Assembly: GCA_038321985.1 (NCBI GenBank)
Contig: JBBQFN010000001.1
Span: forward strand, 1 to 64,000
Source of the DNA: Cyanophyceae cyanobacterium
Lineage (GTDB): Bacteria; Cyanobacteriota; Cyanobacteriia; Cyanobacteriales; Laspinemataceae
Reading direction: 5' to 3'
Length of the DNA stretch: 64,000 bases
Shown: positions 28,581 through 41,727 of the stretch, piece by piece
Layout of the letters: every line of letters starts with the position of its first letter
How positions within the stretch are numbered: the first letter of the stretch is position 1
Program-made: the position numbers and the translations under genes
Notes under the pieces: model-generated
Told to the model about the DNA's origin: nothing
Databases searched by the model: none
What the model saw: the letters and a program-made list of their open reading frames with translations, nothing else

Positions 28581-30350
28581 ATGAATCTAATTCAGCCGAT
28601 TTCAACGAGTTTGCCTGGACAGAAAGCCCAATTTCTTTATCAAGAAGCTGAGATGTGTTTCCGGCAAGGTAACCCCCAAGAGGCGATCGCGCTTTGTCAG
28701 GAAATCATCAAACTCCAGCCAGATTTTGCCCTAGGCTACCAACGGTTAGGACATATTTGGCGATCGCAAGGCAAGCTGTCACCATCCCTGCGCTGTTATC
28801 TGAAAGCCCGAGAACTACAACCGAACTTAATCTCTGCCGACTTTTGGTTAGATTTGGGCAGTGAATTCTCGGAACATAACCACCTCAATGAGGCAAAATT
28901 ATGTTATAATACAGCCTTACAAATTGACCCTACTCATGCAAAATCTTACTTAAATCTTGGGGTAATGTACCGCAGAAAAGGGGATTTAATCCAAGCGATC
29001 GCCCTCTACCAAAAAGCGATCGCCCTCCATCCCACCTTACATTCTGCTTATTTTAACTTAGGGAATGTCTTCCTAGAACAAGAGCGTCTAGATGAAGCAG
29101 TTGCGGCCTATCTCGAAGCCTTGATGATTCAACCTGATTTTGAATCCGCCTACCGCAATTTAGGCCAAACCCTCCTCCGCCAAGATAGAATTGAAAATGC
29201 TCTTTCCTGTGCGCTTCATTTTTTACCATTCTCATTAATTAAAGATTATTATCCCGCTGCTTCCGACTCTTTTATTGCATCCCACTCCGTCAGTTATCGG
29301 GATTTAAATTTTGTAGAAATTCATCTTAAAAATTCCGTTAAACTCTCCCCACCCCAAACACCTGATGGCAGTCTTCATCCAAATTTTAACTGGATGGTTC
29401 ATATCAATCCCGAAACCTTTGCCGTAACCCTTCCTTTAGGACGGGCTTGGGGGGATTCCTACACCACTGCTGCCCTCACTTCAGACGGTAGATTTCTAGA
29501 CGAATTCTGTCAAGGCAGCGCCTTATCCATCGCCATTTCCCCAAAATTACCCCCCGTTACTCCCCTAAAAGGAACTGCTGCTTTTTTATCCGTAAGAGGA
29601 GGTAACACTTATTATCATTGGATGGCGGATTTACTGCCCCGAATTCAGTTATTGAAGTTAGCCGAAACCCAATTAGACCCTATCAAATTTTTTGTCGTCA
29701 ATAGTTGTCATTTACCCTTCCAACGAGAAACATTATCCCTGCTGGGGATACCCGCCCACAAAATTATCGAAAGTTCTAAACATCCCCATATTCAAGCCCC
29801 GACATTAGTTGTTCCTTCCTTACCTGGAGACGTAGGTTTAATCTCCCAGTGGACTTGTGAGTTTCTGCGCCAAGCATTTCTAGGTAAAGCAGCAGTCGGG
29901 CGATCGCCAACCCCAGAAAGAATCTTGATCAGTCGTCGTCATGCCAGTTATCGTCGTCTCCTTAATGAAGACGAGGCGATCGCCCGATTATCCCCCCATG
30001 GTTTCGTCCCAATTGCCCTAGAATCCCTCTCATTTCTCGAACAAGTGGCCTTATTTGCCGGGGCCAAAGTAATTATCGCCCCTCATGGTGCGGGATTAAC
30101 GAATACAGTGTTCTGCAATCCCGGAACAAAGTTGATAGAAATTTTCTCCCCAGATGCCGTTTCAGTTAACTACTGGTTAATTGCCAATATTATCGGGTTA
30201 GAGTATTATTATTTAATAGCAGAACCATTAGAAGAGTATAACACTCCCACGTCAATTCCGAAGCGAAACTACAATCATCCTCTTTATGAAGACATTGTAA
30301 TCAACCTTGACTCTTTGTTAAATATAATGCAATTTTCTAACGTCATTTAG
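28581..30350 (+). CDS. TPR-repeat protein with glycosyltransferase family 61 (DUF563) domain
   Basis: N-terminal TPRs (YLNLG, YFNLGN, YRNLG); NTYYHWMADLLPR, ISRRHASYRRLLNE, APHGAGLTN. Confidence 0.88.
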   Translation: MNLIQPISTSLPGQKAQFLYQEAEMCFRQGNPQEAIALCQEIIKLQPDFALGYQRLGHIWRSQGKLSPSLRCYLKARELQPNLISADFWLDLGSEFSEHNHLNEAKLCYNTALQIDPTHAKSYLNLGVMYRRKGDLIQAIALYQKAIALHPTLHSAYFNLGNVFLEQERLDEAVAAYLEALMIQPDFESAYRNLGQTLLRQDRIENALSCALHFLPFSLIKDYYPAASDSFIASHSVSYRDLNFVEIHLKNSVKLSPPQTPDGSLHPNFNWMVHINPETFAVTLPLGRAWGDSYTTAALTSDGRFLDEFCQGSALSIAISPKLPPVTPLKGTAAFLSVRGGNTYYHWMADLLPRIQLLKLAETQLDPIKFFVVNSCHLPFQRETLSLLGIPAHKIIESSKHPHIQAPTLVVPSLPGDVGLISQWTCEFLRQAFLGKAAVGRSPTPERILISRRHASYRRLLNEDEAIARLSPHGFVPIALESLSFLEQVALFAGAKVIIAPHGAGLTNTVFCNPGTKLIEIFSPDAVSVNYWLIANIIGLEYYYLIAEPLEEYNTPTSIPKRNYNHPLYEDIVINLDSLLNIMQFSNVI

Positions 30351-30613
30351 AATTGGCATAATTTGTATCAAAGAAACTATCCCTTGAGTCAAACTCCGGG
30401 AATTGGCAAAAGCTATAATCCAGGTGATCAGGTAGCCGGGGATAGAGTCCCCCTCCTCACCCATCCGTGGCGATCGCCTAGAATCAGTAGCCACCCCACA
30501 ACGGGAACAATACCGAGCAAACCCATAGCGATCAATTCGAGGCAAATAATGTTAAAATCCATGCGGATCGAAGTACAATCCCATCAACGGGATGGCAATA
30601 GGCAATATTTGGC

Positions 30614-31561
30614 ATGAGTTCTGATACCTCCCTGTCTTCTATCGAATCAACCGAATCAACCCTTTCCGAACAGGGGGAGCAATCCGCCAACCCGGAGGAG
30701 TCCATCCTGTCCGAAGAACCGGCAGTATCCATAGATACCCCGGAGGAGTCCACCGTTTCCGAACAGGTAGAAACCTCCGAAGCACAAAGCGAACCGCTTG
30801 CCGATAACAAAGCGATCGCCCCAAATGTGCAAGTTCGGTTTAAAACCAAGGAGGACGGCACCCTGTTACTCCTATTGCCCAACGAAAGCAGTAGTAACGA
30901 CGCCAACACCACAACCCATGCGACTTGGACCGAAATTTTACAACAAATTCGCCATCGTCTGAATGCAGGCGATCGCTTTTGGCAAGCAGATACCTCCGTG
31001 CAGTTGATCGCACAGGACCGATTATTAGACGGCAGACAACTTCAGGCGATCGCCGAAGCCCTAGCCGAATCAAAACTGAAACTAGAACGCATCGAAACCT
31101 CACGCCGTCAAACCGCCGTAGCTGCCGTCACCGCCGGATACTCCGTCGAACAACGCACCACCGTAGCACCCTTTAATCCCGCCCCCCTCGCCACCGGAAA
31201 AGCCCTCGCTGACCCCCTGTATTTAGAAACCACATTGCGATCGGGCGTCGAAATTCGTCATCCCGGTAACATCGTGATCGTCGGCGACGTCAATCCCGGC
31301 GGATCCATCATTGCCGATGGAGATATCCTAGTTTGGGGACGCCTGCGCGGACTCGCTCAAGCCGGTGCTAACGGGAACGAGCAGTGTATTATCATGGCAT
31401 TACAGATGGAACCCACCCAAATTCGGATCGCCGACTGGGTAGCGCGATCGCCCGAACCCCTCGCCCAGTTTTATCCCGAAGTTGCCTACGTTTCTCCCGA
31501 AGGGATCCGGATTGCCAAAGCCGCTGATTTTTCTAAAGCCCAGTTTGAACTAAAATCCTAA
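30614..31561 (+). CDS. minC: Septum site-determining protein MinC
   Basis: TLRSGVEIRHPG, GDVNPGG, VWGRLRG; first gene of minCDE. Confidence 0.95.
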   Translation: MSSDTSLSSIESTESTLSEQGEQSANPEESILSEEPAVSIDTPEESTVSEQVETSEAQSEPLADNKAIAPNVQVRFKTKEDGTLLLLLPNESSSNDANTTTHATWTEILQQIRHRLNAGDRFWQADTSVQLIAQDRLLDGRQLQAIAEALAESKLKLERIETSRRQTAVAAVTAGYSVEQRTTVAPFNPAPLATGKALADPLYLETTLRSGVEIRHPGNIVIVGDVNPGGSIIADGDILVWGRLRGLAQAGANGNEQCIIMALQMEPTQIRIADWVARSPEPLAQFYPEVAYVSPEGIRIAKAADFSKAQFELKS

Positions 31562-31726
31562 AGCGATCGCATTCCTCTCAACCAATGACTGCGCGATCGT
31601 GCTAAATTAAATCGGCTCGTTAGATCCTTTAGCCTTGATCAGCACCTTTGCCTCTCTTCTTTAATCCAGAAGAAGCAAAAACACCAACCGATCCACTAGC
31701 AGTTACTTGTAGAGTCGTCTTGTTAC

Positions 31727-32533
31727 ATGAGTCGCATTATAGTCATCACGTCCGGTAAAGGGGGAGTGGGCAAAACCACCACCACAGCGAATCTAGGTAT
31801 GGCTCTAGCAAAAAGGGGCCGGAACGTTGCTGTCGTGGATGCCGATTTCGGCCTACGAAATTTAGACTTGCTTCTGGGATTGGAAAACCGGATCGTCTAC
31901 ACTGCCGTTGAAGTGCTCTCGGGTCAATGTCGCTTAGAGCAGGCATTAGTCAAAGATAAACGTCAGCCAAAACTCTCATTATTGCCGGCGGCCCAAAACC
32001 GCATGAAAGATGTGGTTACCGCTGATCAAATGAAGCAAATAGTTGCGCAATTAGTTGATAAGTATGACTACATTGTGATCGACTCCCCGGCTGGGATTGA
32101 AATGGGCTTTCAAAATGCGATCGCCGCCGCCACCGAAGCTATCATTGTCACCACCCCTGAAATCGCCGCCGTTCGAGATGCCGACAGGGTTGTAGGCTTG
32201 CTCGAAGCCAATGGCGTAAAGAAAATTAACCTAATTGTCAACCGCATCAAACCGGCAATGGTAGAAGCCAATGATATGATGTCGGTCGAGGACGTTCAGG
32301 AAATTCTCGCCGTTAATCTTCTCGGGGTCATTCCCGACGACGAACGAGTTATTGTTTCGACTAATCGCGGCGAACCCCTAGTATTAGCCGAACACCTTTC
32401 CGTCGCCGGAATTGCCTTTGACAATATAGCTCGTCGCTTAGAAGGTGAAAAGGTTGATTTTCTGGATATGCGCGTCCCTCAAGACAACTTTTTTAGTCGT
32501 CTGCGTAAATTATTTTCGGCTAAGATAATGTAA
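31727..32533 (+). CDS. minD: Septum site-determining ATPase MinD
   Basis: [27 protein letters not shown]-terminal amphipathic helix. Confidence 0.98.
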   Translation: MSRIIVITSGKGGVGKTTTTANLGMALAKRGRNVAVVDADFGLRNLDLLLGLENRIVYTAVEVLSGQCRLEQALVKDKRQPKLSLLPAAQNRMKDVVTADQMKQIVAQLVDKYDYIVIDSPAGIEMGFQNAIAAATEAIIVTTPEIAAVRDADRVVGLLEANGVKKINLIVNRIKPAMVEANDMMSVEDVQEILAVNLLGVIPDDERVIVSTNRGEPLVLAEHLSVAGIAFDNIARRLEGEKVDFLDMRVPQDNFFSRLRKLFSAKIM

Positions 32534-32556
32534 GGCTCTACCACACCCCAAGCACC

Positions 32557-32895
32557 ATGATTAGCGAACTGATTGAAAGACTTTTCCCTCGAACTGGCGA
32601 CGACAACAGTCGCGAGGAGGTCAAGCGTCGTCTGAAACTGGTGCTGGCTCACGATCGCGCTGACCTAGACCCCGACACAGTGGAGGCCATGCGCAAAGAA
32701 ATACTCCAGGTCGTTTCTCGCTATGTCGAACTCGACCTCGAAGGCTTGGATATTTCTCTCGAAAACAACCAGCGTGCCACAGCATTAATTGCCAACCTCC
32801 CCATCCGCAGAGTCAAAGAAGAAAACCACACCCCTTCATCCCTCCTATCTACTGTATCTCCCGAATCTACTGTATCTCCCGAATCTACTCCCTAG
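32557..32895 (+). CDS. minE: Cell division topological specificity factor MinE
   Basis: [29 protein letters not shown]. Confidence 0.95.
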   Translation: MISELIERLFPRTGDDNSREEVKRRLKLVLAHDRADLDPDTVEAMRKEILQVVSRYVELDLEGLDISLENNQRATALIANLPIRRVKEENHTPSSLLSTVSPESTVSPESTP

Positions 32896-34388
32896 ATCAG
32901 GGTGGCGATCGCATTCCCCATCCACTTGGCCTTTTTATAGAGAAGAGACCCGCTATTTTTTAGTCTCTACACACTATTATTTATAATTCTCTCTCTAGTT
33001 CCTGTTATTTTAGCTTTATAAAGACTGGGGTCACTTAGACCCTATTATTGAGCCGGGTATTCCCTCCAAATTACCCCATAGCCTTAATACGAAACCCCTT
33101 GTCTCATTCCAACAAGATTCCCCCAGCCCCCTTAATCAGTGGCATAATTCCCATGGCAGGATTCCCACACATCCAGAAAAAAGGACTGTCGGGGGCTTTC
33201 CCGATTTTGCAAGAGGTCCCCTAAATCGACTCTAAAAAGTCTTTAAAAATTAGCCCCGGTTATGAGGCTTTGTTCAGCTCTACCAAATTTAAGTCATTAT
33301 CCGGTTTTGCCAAGATAGCCTGCCGTCGAAATATCACATCTTGCTCCCTAAGGCAATAGCAAGCAAGAGATGAAGCCTTCGGCAAGATTATAGAACCCAC
33401 TCCCCAAAAATGTACCTCATAACTGCGGGAATCGCTATAGAGGCCCCACATTTAAAGTAAAGGTATTTAATCCCGGTAAAATTATTAAAAAAATACCTAA
33501 ACAATCCGATCCTTCTTCCCATTTTTACCCAGATTCTTAAAAGAGTCCATGAAGAATTAAAATCACTCTTTTAAGAAAAACCTTTGGTAATTCAACAGAA
33601 GCCTTAGGGATTAAAATGCGCCCCCCCCAATTTTTAAAGTTTTAATGTTGCTTCTATATTTTTTCTGTAAAGTTGTCACTGAAAAAATTCCGGCAAGCAA
33701 CTCCGTATCTTTTCTTAAATATGAAGAAATGTAAAGTTTTTTTAGACCTATCTTTTCTGGTTCACCAGAGAAAAATAGCTTGGAGCCTTCTCAACCTAGG
33801 GTTTGATAGGGAATCCCTTGATTGGGGATGGTTTAAGTTACGATAAATCTGGGAAACAATCCATCCAACCTTTAATTCTCAATCTCAATGCCCTAAGGGT
33901 GTGTCAACAGGTATCCCAGGTTTCTGTGAGTTGCCACACATACTATCTAATGCTTCCACTTGTACTGTCTAGCTGGCTCTTGATGGGTTTTGGGGTAGAT
34001 GAACCCAACATCAAACCCTGCTGGCCCGATTGGCATCAACTCCAATCGGCTCCCCAGTCATCCTCTCATCAATCTATCGAAAAACCGATTTCCTCCCACT
34101 ATCGAGGCAGTTCTAGAGAACGGGATTAACAGCTTGGCCTTGAACCTGCTGATCCCGTTCTGTTTGCTGCGGTGAAACCGTCAAAAGTCCCCCGGTTTAG
34201 CCGGGACTCCCACATCCTACATTGTTGGAACTGAATGCTTAGAGCCAGGTTGTCCTTGAAGCTGCCTCGCTCATAACTTGCTCAACCAAGCGGACCTTTC
34301 TCCCCTCTTAAATTCTCCGTAAATCTATTGAGGTTGAGTTACACTAAAGTTAACCTTAACTTTAGTTATTTCTTCTCCAACCCCTGCT

Positions 34389-35270
34389 ATGAATCTTTAC
34401 AGAAAATTTACAATTGCCGTAGCAATTACATCAACCGCTGCTATCAGTCTATTTAGCTCTGCGGCTACAGCCTTCACTATCACCTCCAATAGCAGTACCC
34501 AAATTTTGCTGGAGGCACTGCTGGGAAAAACCTATGATGGATTGACTAATTTTTCCATGGATATCCAGGGCAATTCAGAAGCAATAGGGTTATTTGAGAA
34601 TGACCCCTTTGGCTTGAATTCAGGAATCGTCCTCAGTACAGGTCGAGTGAGTGAAATACCAGGGGAAAATACCAAAGATGGTGGGCTCACCCAACAGGAC
34701 GGTTTTCCTAACGACCTGAGTAAAGATTTTATCGATTCAAAGACCCCTGACTGGATTTCTCTACAAATTAGTTTTGATGCTGACGATACCGCTCGTAAGT
34801 TATTCTTTCAATATGTATTTGGTTCTGAGGAATTTGTAGAATTTGGGGGGTCTGAATTCAATGATTTATTTGAGCTGGAACTCAACGGAACCAATCTCGC
34901 GAAACTAAGTGATGGTCAAACCGTAACCATTAACCATCTCGTCCCTGACCCGAACGGGCCTTTTCACTCAGACTATATCAACAATCCGGTTGGATCTAGC
35001 ACCCCAACTAAACTGGATGGCTTTACTAAAATGCTGACCTTTGAAGGACTGCTTCGGCAAAATACTAGAAATACTCTCACGATTAAAATTGCTGATGTTG
35101 GAGATGGCCGTTTGGATTCTGCTGTTTTCTTGAAGGGTCAGTCCTTGGGAACCGCCTTGCTCCCAGAGACTGAGAAAGTTCCGGAACCGGGTTTAGCGAT
35201 CGCCTCCTTAGCAGTGGGTGGTCTGATCCTGAGCAAGCGGCGCAAATCCTCTTACCGTTCCCGGGACTAA
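34389..35270 (+). CDS. PEP-CTERM surface protein with choice-of-anchor L-like domain
   Basis: Signal peptide; SGIVLSTG, YVFGSEEF, FNDLF, IADVGDGRLDSAVF; C-terminal VPEP-TM-KRRK. Confidence 0.85.
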   Translation: MNLYRKFTIAVAITSTAAISLFSSAATAFTITSNSSTQILLEALLGKTYDGLTNFSMDIQGNSEAIGLFENDPFGLNSGIVLSTGRVSEIPGENTKDGGLTQQDGFPNDLSKDFIDSKTPDWISLQISFDADDTARKLFFQYVFGSEEFVEFGGSEFNDLFELELNGTNLAKLSDGQTVTINHLVPDPNGPFHSDYINNPVGSSTPTKLDGFTKMLTFEGLLRQNTRNTLTIKIADVGDGRLDSAVFLKGQSLGTALLPETEKVPEPGLAIASLAVGGLILSKRRKSSYRSRD

Positions 35271-35741
35271 AGGATTCCGTAAAGTAGGGTTAACGGGTGA
35301 TCGTTGAACCTACGTCTAAATTATGCCTGCTACGCACAGGGTGCAACTATAAAGTAGGGGCAATTTTTCTTATAAGTGTCTGTTGCGCGCGATCGCACTC
35401 CTTCCCCTTTGGTAACTTTTCCCATCAAGTTCCAATTCACTGTTTCCAGAAAAACTATCATCACCCACCGCAATATCCAGATGATCAACATCTAACTACA
35501 CCTCCCCTCTATTGAAACTCTTTATCGGCTTTTTATATTTCTAATTAATAATTTGCAATTATTGAGTATGACTCCCCGAAATATGTCCAACCCCTTGGTC
35601 CTTACCCGGACTAAAAAAGTGACTTCCATTCCATAAATATTCCCCAAAAATAGAAGTGTAAAGCGATCCCGATTAGTGATACCCTTGAGGATGGCAAAAA
35701 TAACGCTAACTCAGAGCGTCAGAGCGGATCCCTTTAGCTGA

Positions 35742-37211
<1,470 letters not shown>

Positions 37212-37315
37212 TTGCTCAAACGCACTATCTTGCTAATGGTTAATAAAAGTTAGATTCTATTAACCATTAGCTGAGGCGGATTTGCGAGTAACTATTGACA
37301 ATTGAAAACTGGAAT

Positions 37316-37723
37316 ATGACATTAACGGTTCGCGTGATTTCCCCAGATAAAACAGTCTGGGATTCTCAGGCTCAGGAAGTGATTCTGCCAAGTACCACAG
37401 GGCAACTGGGTATTCTCAGCGAACACGCTCCTTTGCTAACTGCCCTCGATGTGGGTGTAATGCGGGTTCGTGCCGATAAAGATTGGGTGGCGATCGCCCT
37501 GATGGGTGGTTTTGCTGAAGTTGAACAAAACGAAGTCACCATCCTCGTTAACGGTGCCGAACAGGGCGACAAAATTAACCTAGAACAAGCTCAAAAAGAC
37601 TATTCAGCAGCAGAAACTCGTCTGAATAGCTCGGCTACTGGCACCCGTCAAGAGCAAATTCAGGCCAAACAAGCCCTCAAGCGAGCTAGAGCTCGTGTAC
37701 AAGCCGCAGGTGGTATGGTTTAA
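37316..37723 (+). CDS. atpC: F1F0 ATP synthase epsilon subunit
   Basis: [24 protein letters not shown]; directly follows beta. Confidence 0.97.
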   Translation: MTLTVRVISPDKTVWDSQAQEVILPSTTGQLGILSEHAPLLTALDVGVMRVRADKDWVAIALMGGFAEVEQNEVTILVNGAEQGDKINLEQAQKDYSAAETRLNSSATGTRQEQIQAKQALKRARARVQAAGGMV

Positions 37724-37764
37724 CGGTTTAACTAATGGTTTAACTCATTTAATCAAAACCGATG

Positions 37765-37814
37765 AGGGTGAAGTCTGAACAGTAGTCGTTACTGCTTCAC
37801 CCTTCACCCTTTTT
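37765..37814 (+). terminator. Probable terminator hairpin after atpC
   Basis: AGGGTGAAG...CTTCACCCT, followed by a T run. Confidence 0.55.
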
Positions 37815-37826
37815 CATAGCCCTAAT

Positions 37827-38132
37827 TTATACTCCAGCCTGAGCCAACAAAGGCTGAATCGTTTCCCAAGTTAGACCTTGCTCAATATAGGCGGGTTTGT
37901 CTGGATTCAAGGGGCTTTTAAGACGATCAATTTTAATAATTGTACTGTCCTCGGCTAAGATTGGTACATCTGGGTCGAAAGCAGTCGGACGAGTTAAAGA
38001 ACTAGAAAATCCCTTAAAAATGGTAACTTCATCGAGTTGTCCATCAATTTCTGCTGTTACGAGCAATATTTCTTGGGGACAGTTTTGAGTATATTTTTCA
38101 AGACGTTGACCCGGGGAGTAATTGATTGCCAT
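37827..38132 (-). CDS. Conserved-type hypothetical protein
   Basis: IFKGFSSSL.RPTAFDPDVP motif familiar from cyanobacterial and plastid proteins. Confidence 0.75.
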   Translation of the reverse strand: MAINYSPGQRLEKYTQNCPQEILLVTAEIDGQLDEVTIFKGFSSSLTRPTAFDPDVPILAEDSTIIKIDRLKSPLNPDKPAYIEQGLTWETIQPLLAQAGV

Positions 38133-38332
38133 CGTTCACACAAATTTAAGTCTACTTTTAAAAGAAGCGTGAATGCAGAATAATCGGGATTGTTTTCCTT
38201 AAACTATTGAGAAAAATTGAGAGGGAGATTTGAGGAGGGAGAGTTCCCTAAGCTGCGATCGCTCCTAAATTTAGCGGGCTATTTATTTTTCAAGCGATCG
38301 CAGCTTAAGCAACAAAGAGACCAACTCCAGAG

Positions 38333-38932
38333 TTATTGTCCGGTTGCAGAGCGGCCTTGCTTACCCAGACGAATCAAGACAAAGTAAGCAAAACAAAGAA
38401 CGTAAATCACCAATCCCACCAATCCCCAAAATCCTAATAGGCCGGGGTCACCATTGGGATGTAAAATTTCTTTAAAGCCCCAAGGGGGATCGAGCCAAAC
38501 TCGGCATGAGGAGTTATTTAGGAGTGCAGATTGACTAGAGAAAGCACAACCTAAAAAAGGAATTTGAATTAAAGTGCCGACTGCCATATAAAGGGAAATC
38601 GCCCAACGCCAAGAGGTAAAGGCCAGCTTTAACGGAGATTGGGGGCGATCGTCCAAATCTTCATTCAGATCGAGCCAAAACCATAGAGAAAGCGGAATCA
38701 AAAAGCGAGCCACAAACGACGAGATAAAGCTCAGAGGCAGAGCACCAATCATCAGATAGACCGTAATGGCAAGTAAGCTGGAAACCCGCCAATAAATCAT
38801 TAATAAGCGCTGAATTGAATCTGCATTCTGAGTCAAAGACCAAATCAGCAGAATCAGCGGTAGGATTACTGTAAATAAGACAGCTAGCCGGTAATCCATC
38901 CAGACTAGCGGTTGAAACCAAGGTTGCTCCAT
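38333..38932 (-). CDS. DUF3177-like membrane protein
   Basis: LVWMDYRLAVLFTV, IYWRVSSLLAIT, RLGKQGRSA; ATG at 38932. Confidence 0.8.
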   Translation of the reverse strand: MEQPWFQPLVWMDYRLAVLFTVILPLILLIWSLTQNADSIQRLLMIYWRVSSLLAITVYLMIGALPLSFISSFVARFLIPLSLWFWLDLNEDLDDRPQSPLKLAFTSWRWAISLYMAVGTLIQIPFLGCAFSSQSALLNNSSCRVWLDPPWGFKEILHPNGDPGLLGFWGLVGLVIYVLCFAYFVLIRLGKQGRSATGQ

Positions 38933-39129
38933 TGTGGATTTCCCATGACCGTGGAACTTAGCATCGTACTGTTGGTAAAGAGGCGACCCTATGAGATCGC
39001 CCCTCTTAGGATAACCAACAAACACAAGCAACTGGACTCTCCGACTAGAGAATTCCAGTTGCCAAAAAAAGAAATTGTAATCGAGGTTAAAGCCCTTTAT
39101 TTTGGGTTATTCCCGTGGGGTACTCTAAT

Positions 39130-39351
39130 CTATTCGTCGTAGATCCGGCATTCAGCCGCATCCGGATTGTCATCACAAAATTTCTCTAACGAGTTCTTGG
39201 GTTTTTGCTGGCGCTTATGGGCCGCTTCTGCTTGCACTTCTTCAGCTGCATCCCAGGCTGCCGCACACTCTTGGGAGTTGGCTCCGCTCGTATCGCAGAC
39301 AGCGCGGGCATTTTGAAGCTCTTGTTCGATTTGTTCTTGGATGTTGCTCAT
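39130..39351 (-). CDS. cp12: Calvin cycle regulator CP12
   Basis: Two Cys pairs, CAAAWDAAEEVQAE, FCDDNPDAAECRIYDE. Confidence 0.95.
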   Translation of the reverse strand: MSNIQEQIEQELQNARAVCDTSGANSQECAAAWDAAEEVQAEAAHKRQQKPKNSLEKFCDDNPDAAECRIYDE

Positions 39352-39890
39352 AGCTTTTTGTTTTCTCAACAACTTAGGCACTATGGGAAAGGTTTCCGCT
39401 TCATCTTAACGCTAACTTCTTTGGGTGGGTCGGGTTCTATTGAACGGGGACGACTCGGGCCTTAGAGTTTATTAGCCCAGACAACATAGGCGGATAGAAA
39501 AGGCAAGATCCTACCAAACATGGGACCTCAGAGTGGACCGGGTTGGGACAGAACGCTAATTTTTCTCCCCGGGATACAGGAAACCAGGGCCGCGGCAGTT
39601 TATCCGTTGTTATTTTTTAAGATTCGGCGGTGTGACCCTTCTCCCCCCCAGTAGATACTCTACTGTCTTATTCCCTAGAAATGTTAAATTATTTTAACAC
39701 AAGCCTAGATTGCAGGGGCGATCGCCGGTCTCAGGGGCGATCGCTACAGCCAGATTAACGGCCTAACCGGAGGTAAAGGGGGTCCTAAACCCACTCCCAG
39801 GCGGCTGACAACCCCGCAGAAATTAGCTAAAAAGCAAATCTCTTTATTTAATACTCAAAGTTTTAGCACTCTATCAACAAGGTGAAACCC

Positions 39891-41129
39891 GTGGCAGACC
39901 AAATGAAGTGGGCAAACGCATTGTCAACCCGTCCTTCATTGGAAGGGGCGGTAGCAGAGGTAGTAGAACGATCGCAGCACCAGTTATCGGCCCCAGCCGA
40001 TCTCGGTTTTGTCTTTATTTCCTCAGCTTTTGCCAGCGAATATTCGCGGCTGATGCCCTTACTGCAAGAGCGTTTAGCCCTGCCAGTTCTGATTGGCTGT
40101 TCCGGAAGCGGGATTATTGGCATGGAGGGAGACAGTGATGGGCCTGTGGAAGCACGAGAACTGGAACAACAGCCCGCCTTGAGTCTAACTTTGGCCTCTT
40201 TGCCTGGAGTGAAGGTAGAAGCCTTTCATCTGGAGGGGGGAGAACTGCCCGATCTAGATAGTCCTCCCGATGCCTGGGTGGAGGCGATCGGGGTCCCGGC
40301 GAGCAGTCGCCCCCACTTTATCCTCCTCGCCGACCCCTTTACGTCAAAAATTAATGACTTACTGCAAGGGCTAGATTTTGCGTATCCCGGCTCGGCTAAA
40401 GTTGGGGGATTGGCGAGTGGGGGGTCCGTCGGGAATACCATTGCATTATTTAGCCACGATCGCCTTTATCGAGAAGGGGCGGTCGGCGTCGCCTTAAGTG
40501 GCAATATTGTCTTGGAAACCATAGTGGCTCAGGGTTGTAAACCCATTGGACATCCGTTTACGGTCAAAGAGTGCGAGCGCAATATTCTCCTGGCACTGGA
40601 TGCCGGCCCTAGCACTTCCGGCCTGTCCCAAAAGCCCCTAGAAGCCCTGAAAGCAGTGATTGACAGCCTGAATGAATCAGACCGGCAACTGGCCCAGCAT
40701 TCCCTGTTTATCGGCATAGCACGGAATGAATTTAAAGATGAACTCGAACAGGGGGACTTTTTAATCCGGAACGTGTTGGGAGTGGACCCTAGGGAAGGAG
40801 CGATCGCAGTCGGCGATCGGCTTCGTCCCGGCCAACGCATCCAGTTCCACCTCCGGGATGCCCAAACCTCTGCCGAAGACCTAGAAATGCTCCTGCAACG
40901 GTATCAGAATAGCTCCCCCACCTCATCCGTAGGAGCCTTAATGTTTGCCTGTATCGGACGCGGTGAACAACTCTATGGTCAACCCGATTTTGACTCTCGT
41001 CTGTTTAGGCAATATGCCGGAAACATCCCCGTTAGTGGCTTTTTCTGCAACGGTGAAATCGGTCCAGTGGGGGGTGGAACCTTCCTACATGGCTACACGT
41101 CCGTATTTGGAATATGTCACCCTCTCTAA
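39891..41129 (+). CDS. FIST N/C domain signal transduction protein
   Basis: LIGCSGSG, VGGLASGG, VAQGCKPIG, FACIGRG, GFFCNGEIGP, LHGYT. Confidence 0.9.
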   Translation: MADQMKWANALSTRPSLEGAVAEVVERSQHQLSAPADLGFVFISSAFASEYSRLMPLLQERLALPVLIGCSGSGIIGMEGDSDGPVEARELEQQPALSLTLASLPGVKVEAFHLEGGELPDLDSPPDAWVEAIGVPASSRPHFILLADPFTSKINDLLQGLDFAYPGSAKVGGLASGGSVGNTIALFSHDRLYREGAVGVALSGNIVLETIVAQGCKPIGHPFTVKECERNILLALDAGPSTSGLSQKPLEALKAVIDSLNESDRQLAQHSLFIGIARNEFKDELEQGDFLIRNVLGVDPREGAIAVGDRLRPGQRIQFHLRDAQTSAEDLEMLLQRYQNSSPTSSVGALMFACIGRGEQLYGQPDFDSRLFRQYAGNIPVSGFFCNGEIGPVGGGTFLHGYTSVFGICHPL

Positions 41130-41727
41130 AAGTGTTCAATAAACTGAGTGTTCGCTCACCCGTTAGGGGAAACGCCATCGCAGTTATTGATTTCTTGAAT
41201 GCTGTTTTGGGCTGAGTGTGATTATCCTCCTTCAAGGGAGGCGACTGTTTCCACTTCGAGCAATTCTTTCCCGTCTTTATTAAACCGAAGTCATAGAATT
41301 GCCCCGGTGGCCCGGTTCGCCCGATTCCCTGAGTAATTTTTACTTTTTTACCCCCATAAAATTGGGTTACAAAAAGAAAAATTCATTAGATTTACGGACA
41401 GTGTAGGAGACAAAAGTTAACAAAAAAATTCAGGTTCACAAAGAACACTTAATCGATTGGTGGTGTGTTATGTTAGCAATTAGCAGATAAAATTTCTGCC
41501 AATTTAAAGCCTGTGTAACCCGCTTTTAGTCGGGGGTTTTAAGTTGGAAAAACTCAAAAAACTCGCCGGAGTTGCATCCAGTTATCGGATGTCTGAATTT
41601 TCGTTCCCATCCATCCCATTCTTTGGATTCGTCGGCAAAAGATCGCTTTTTTTAACAAAACCAGGCGATTCAGATTAAAGACAATCCAATGGGAAACAAA
41701 AGAGCAAGTTTCCTCATCAAAATTTTT

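Noticed and set aside
33803..34129. 108-aa ORF
   Set aside because: TTG start, no motif and atypical composition; likely spurious.
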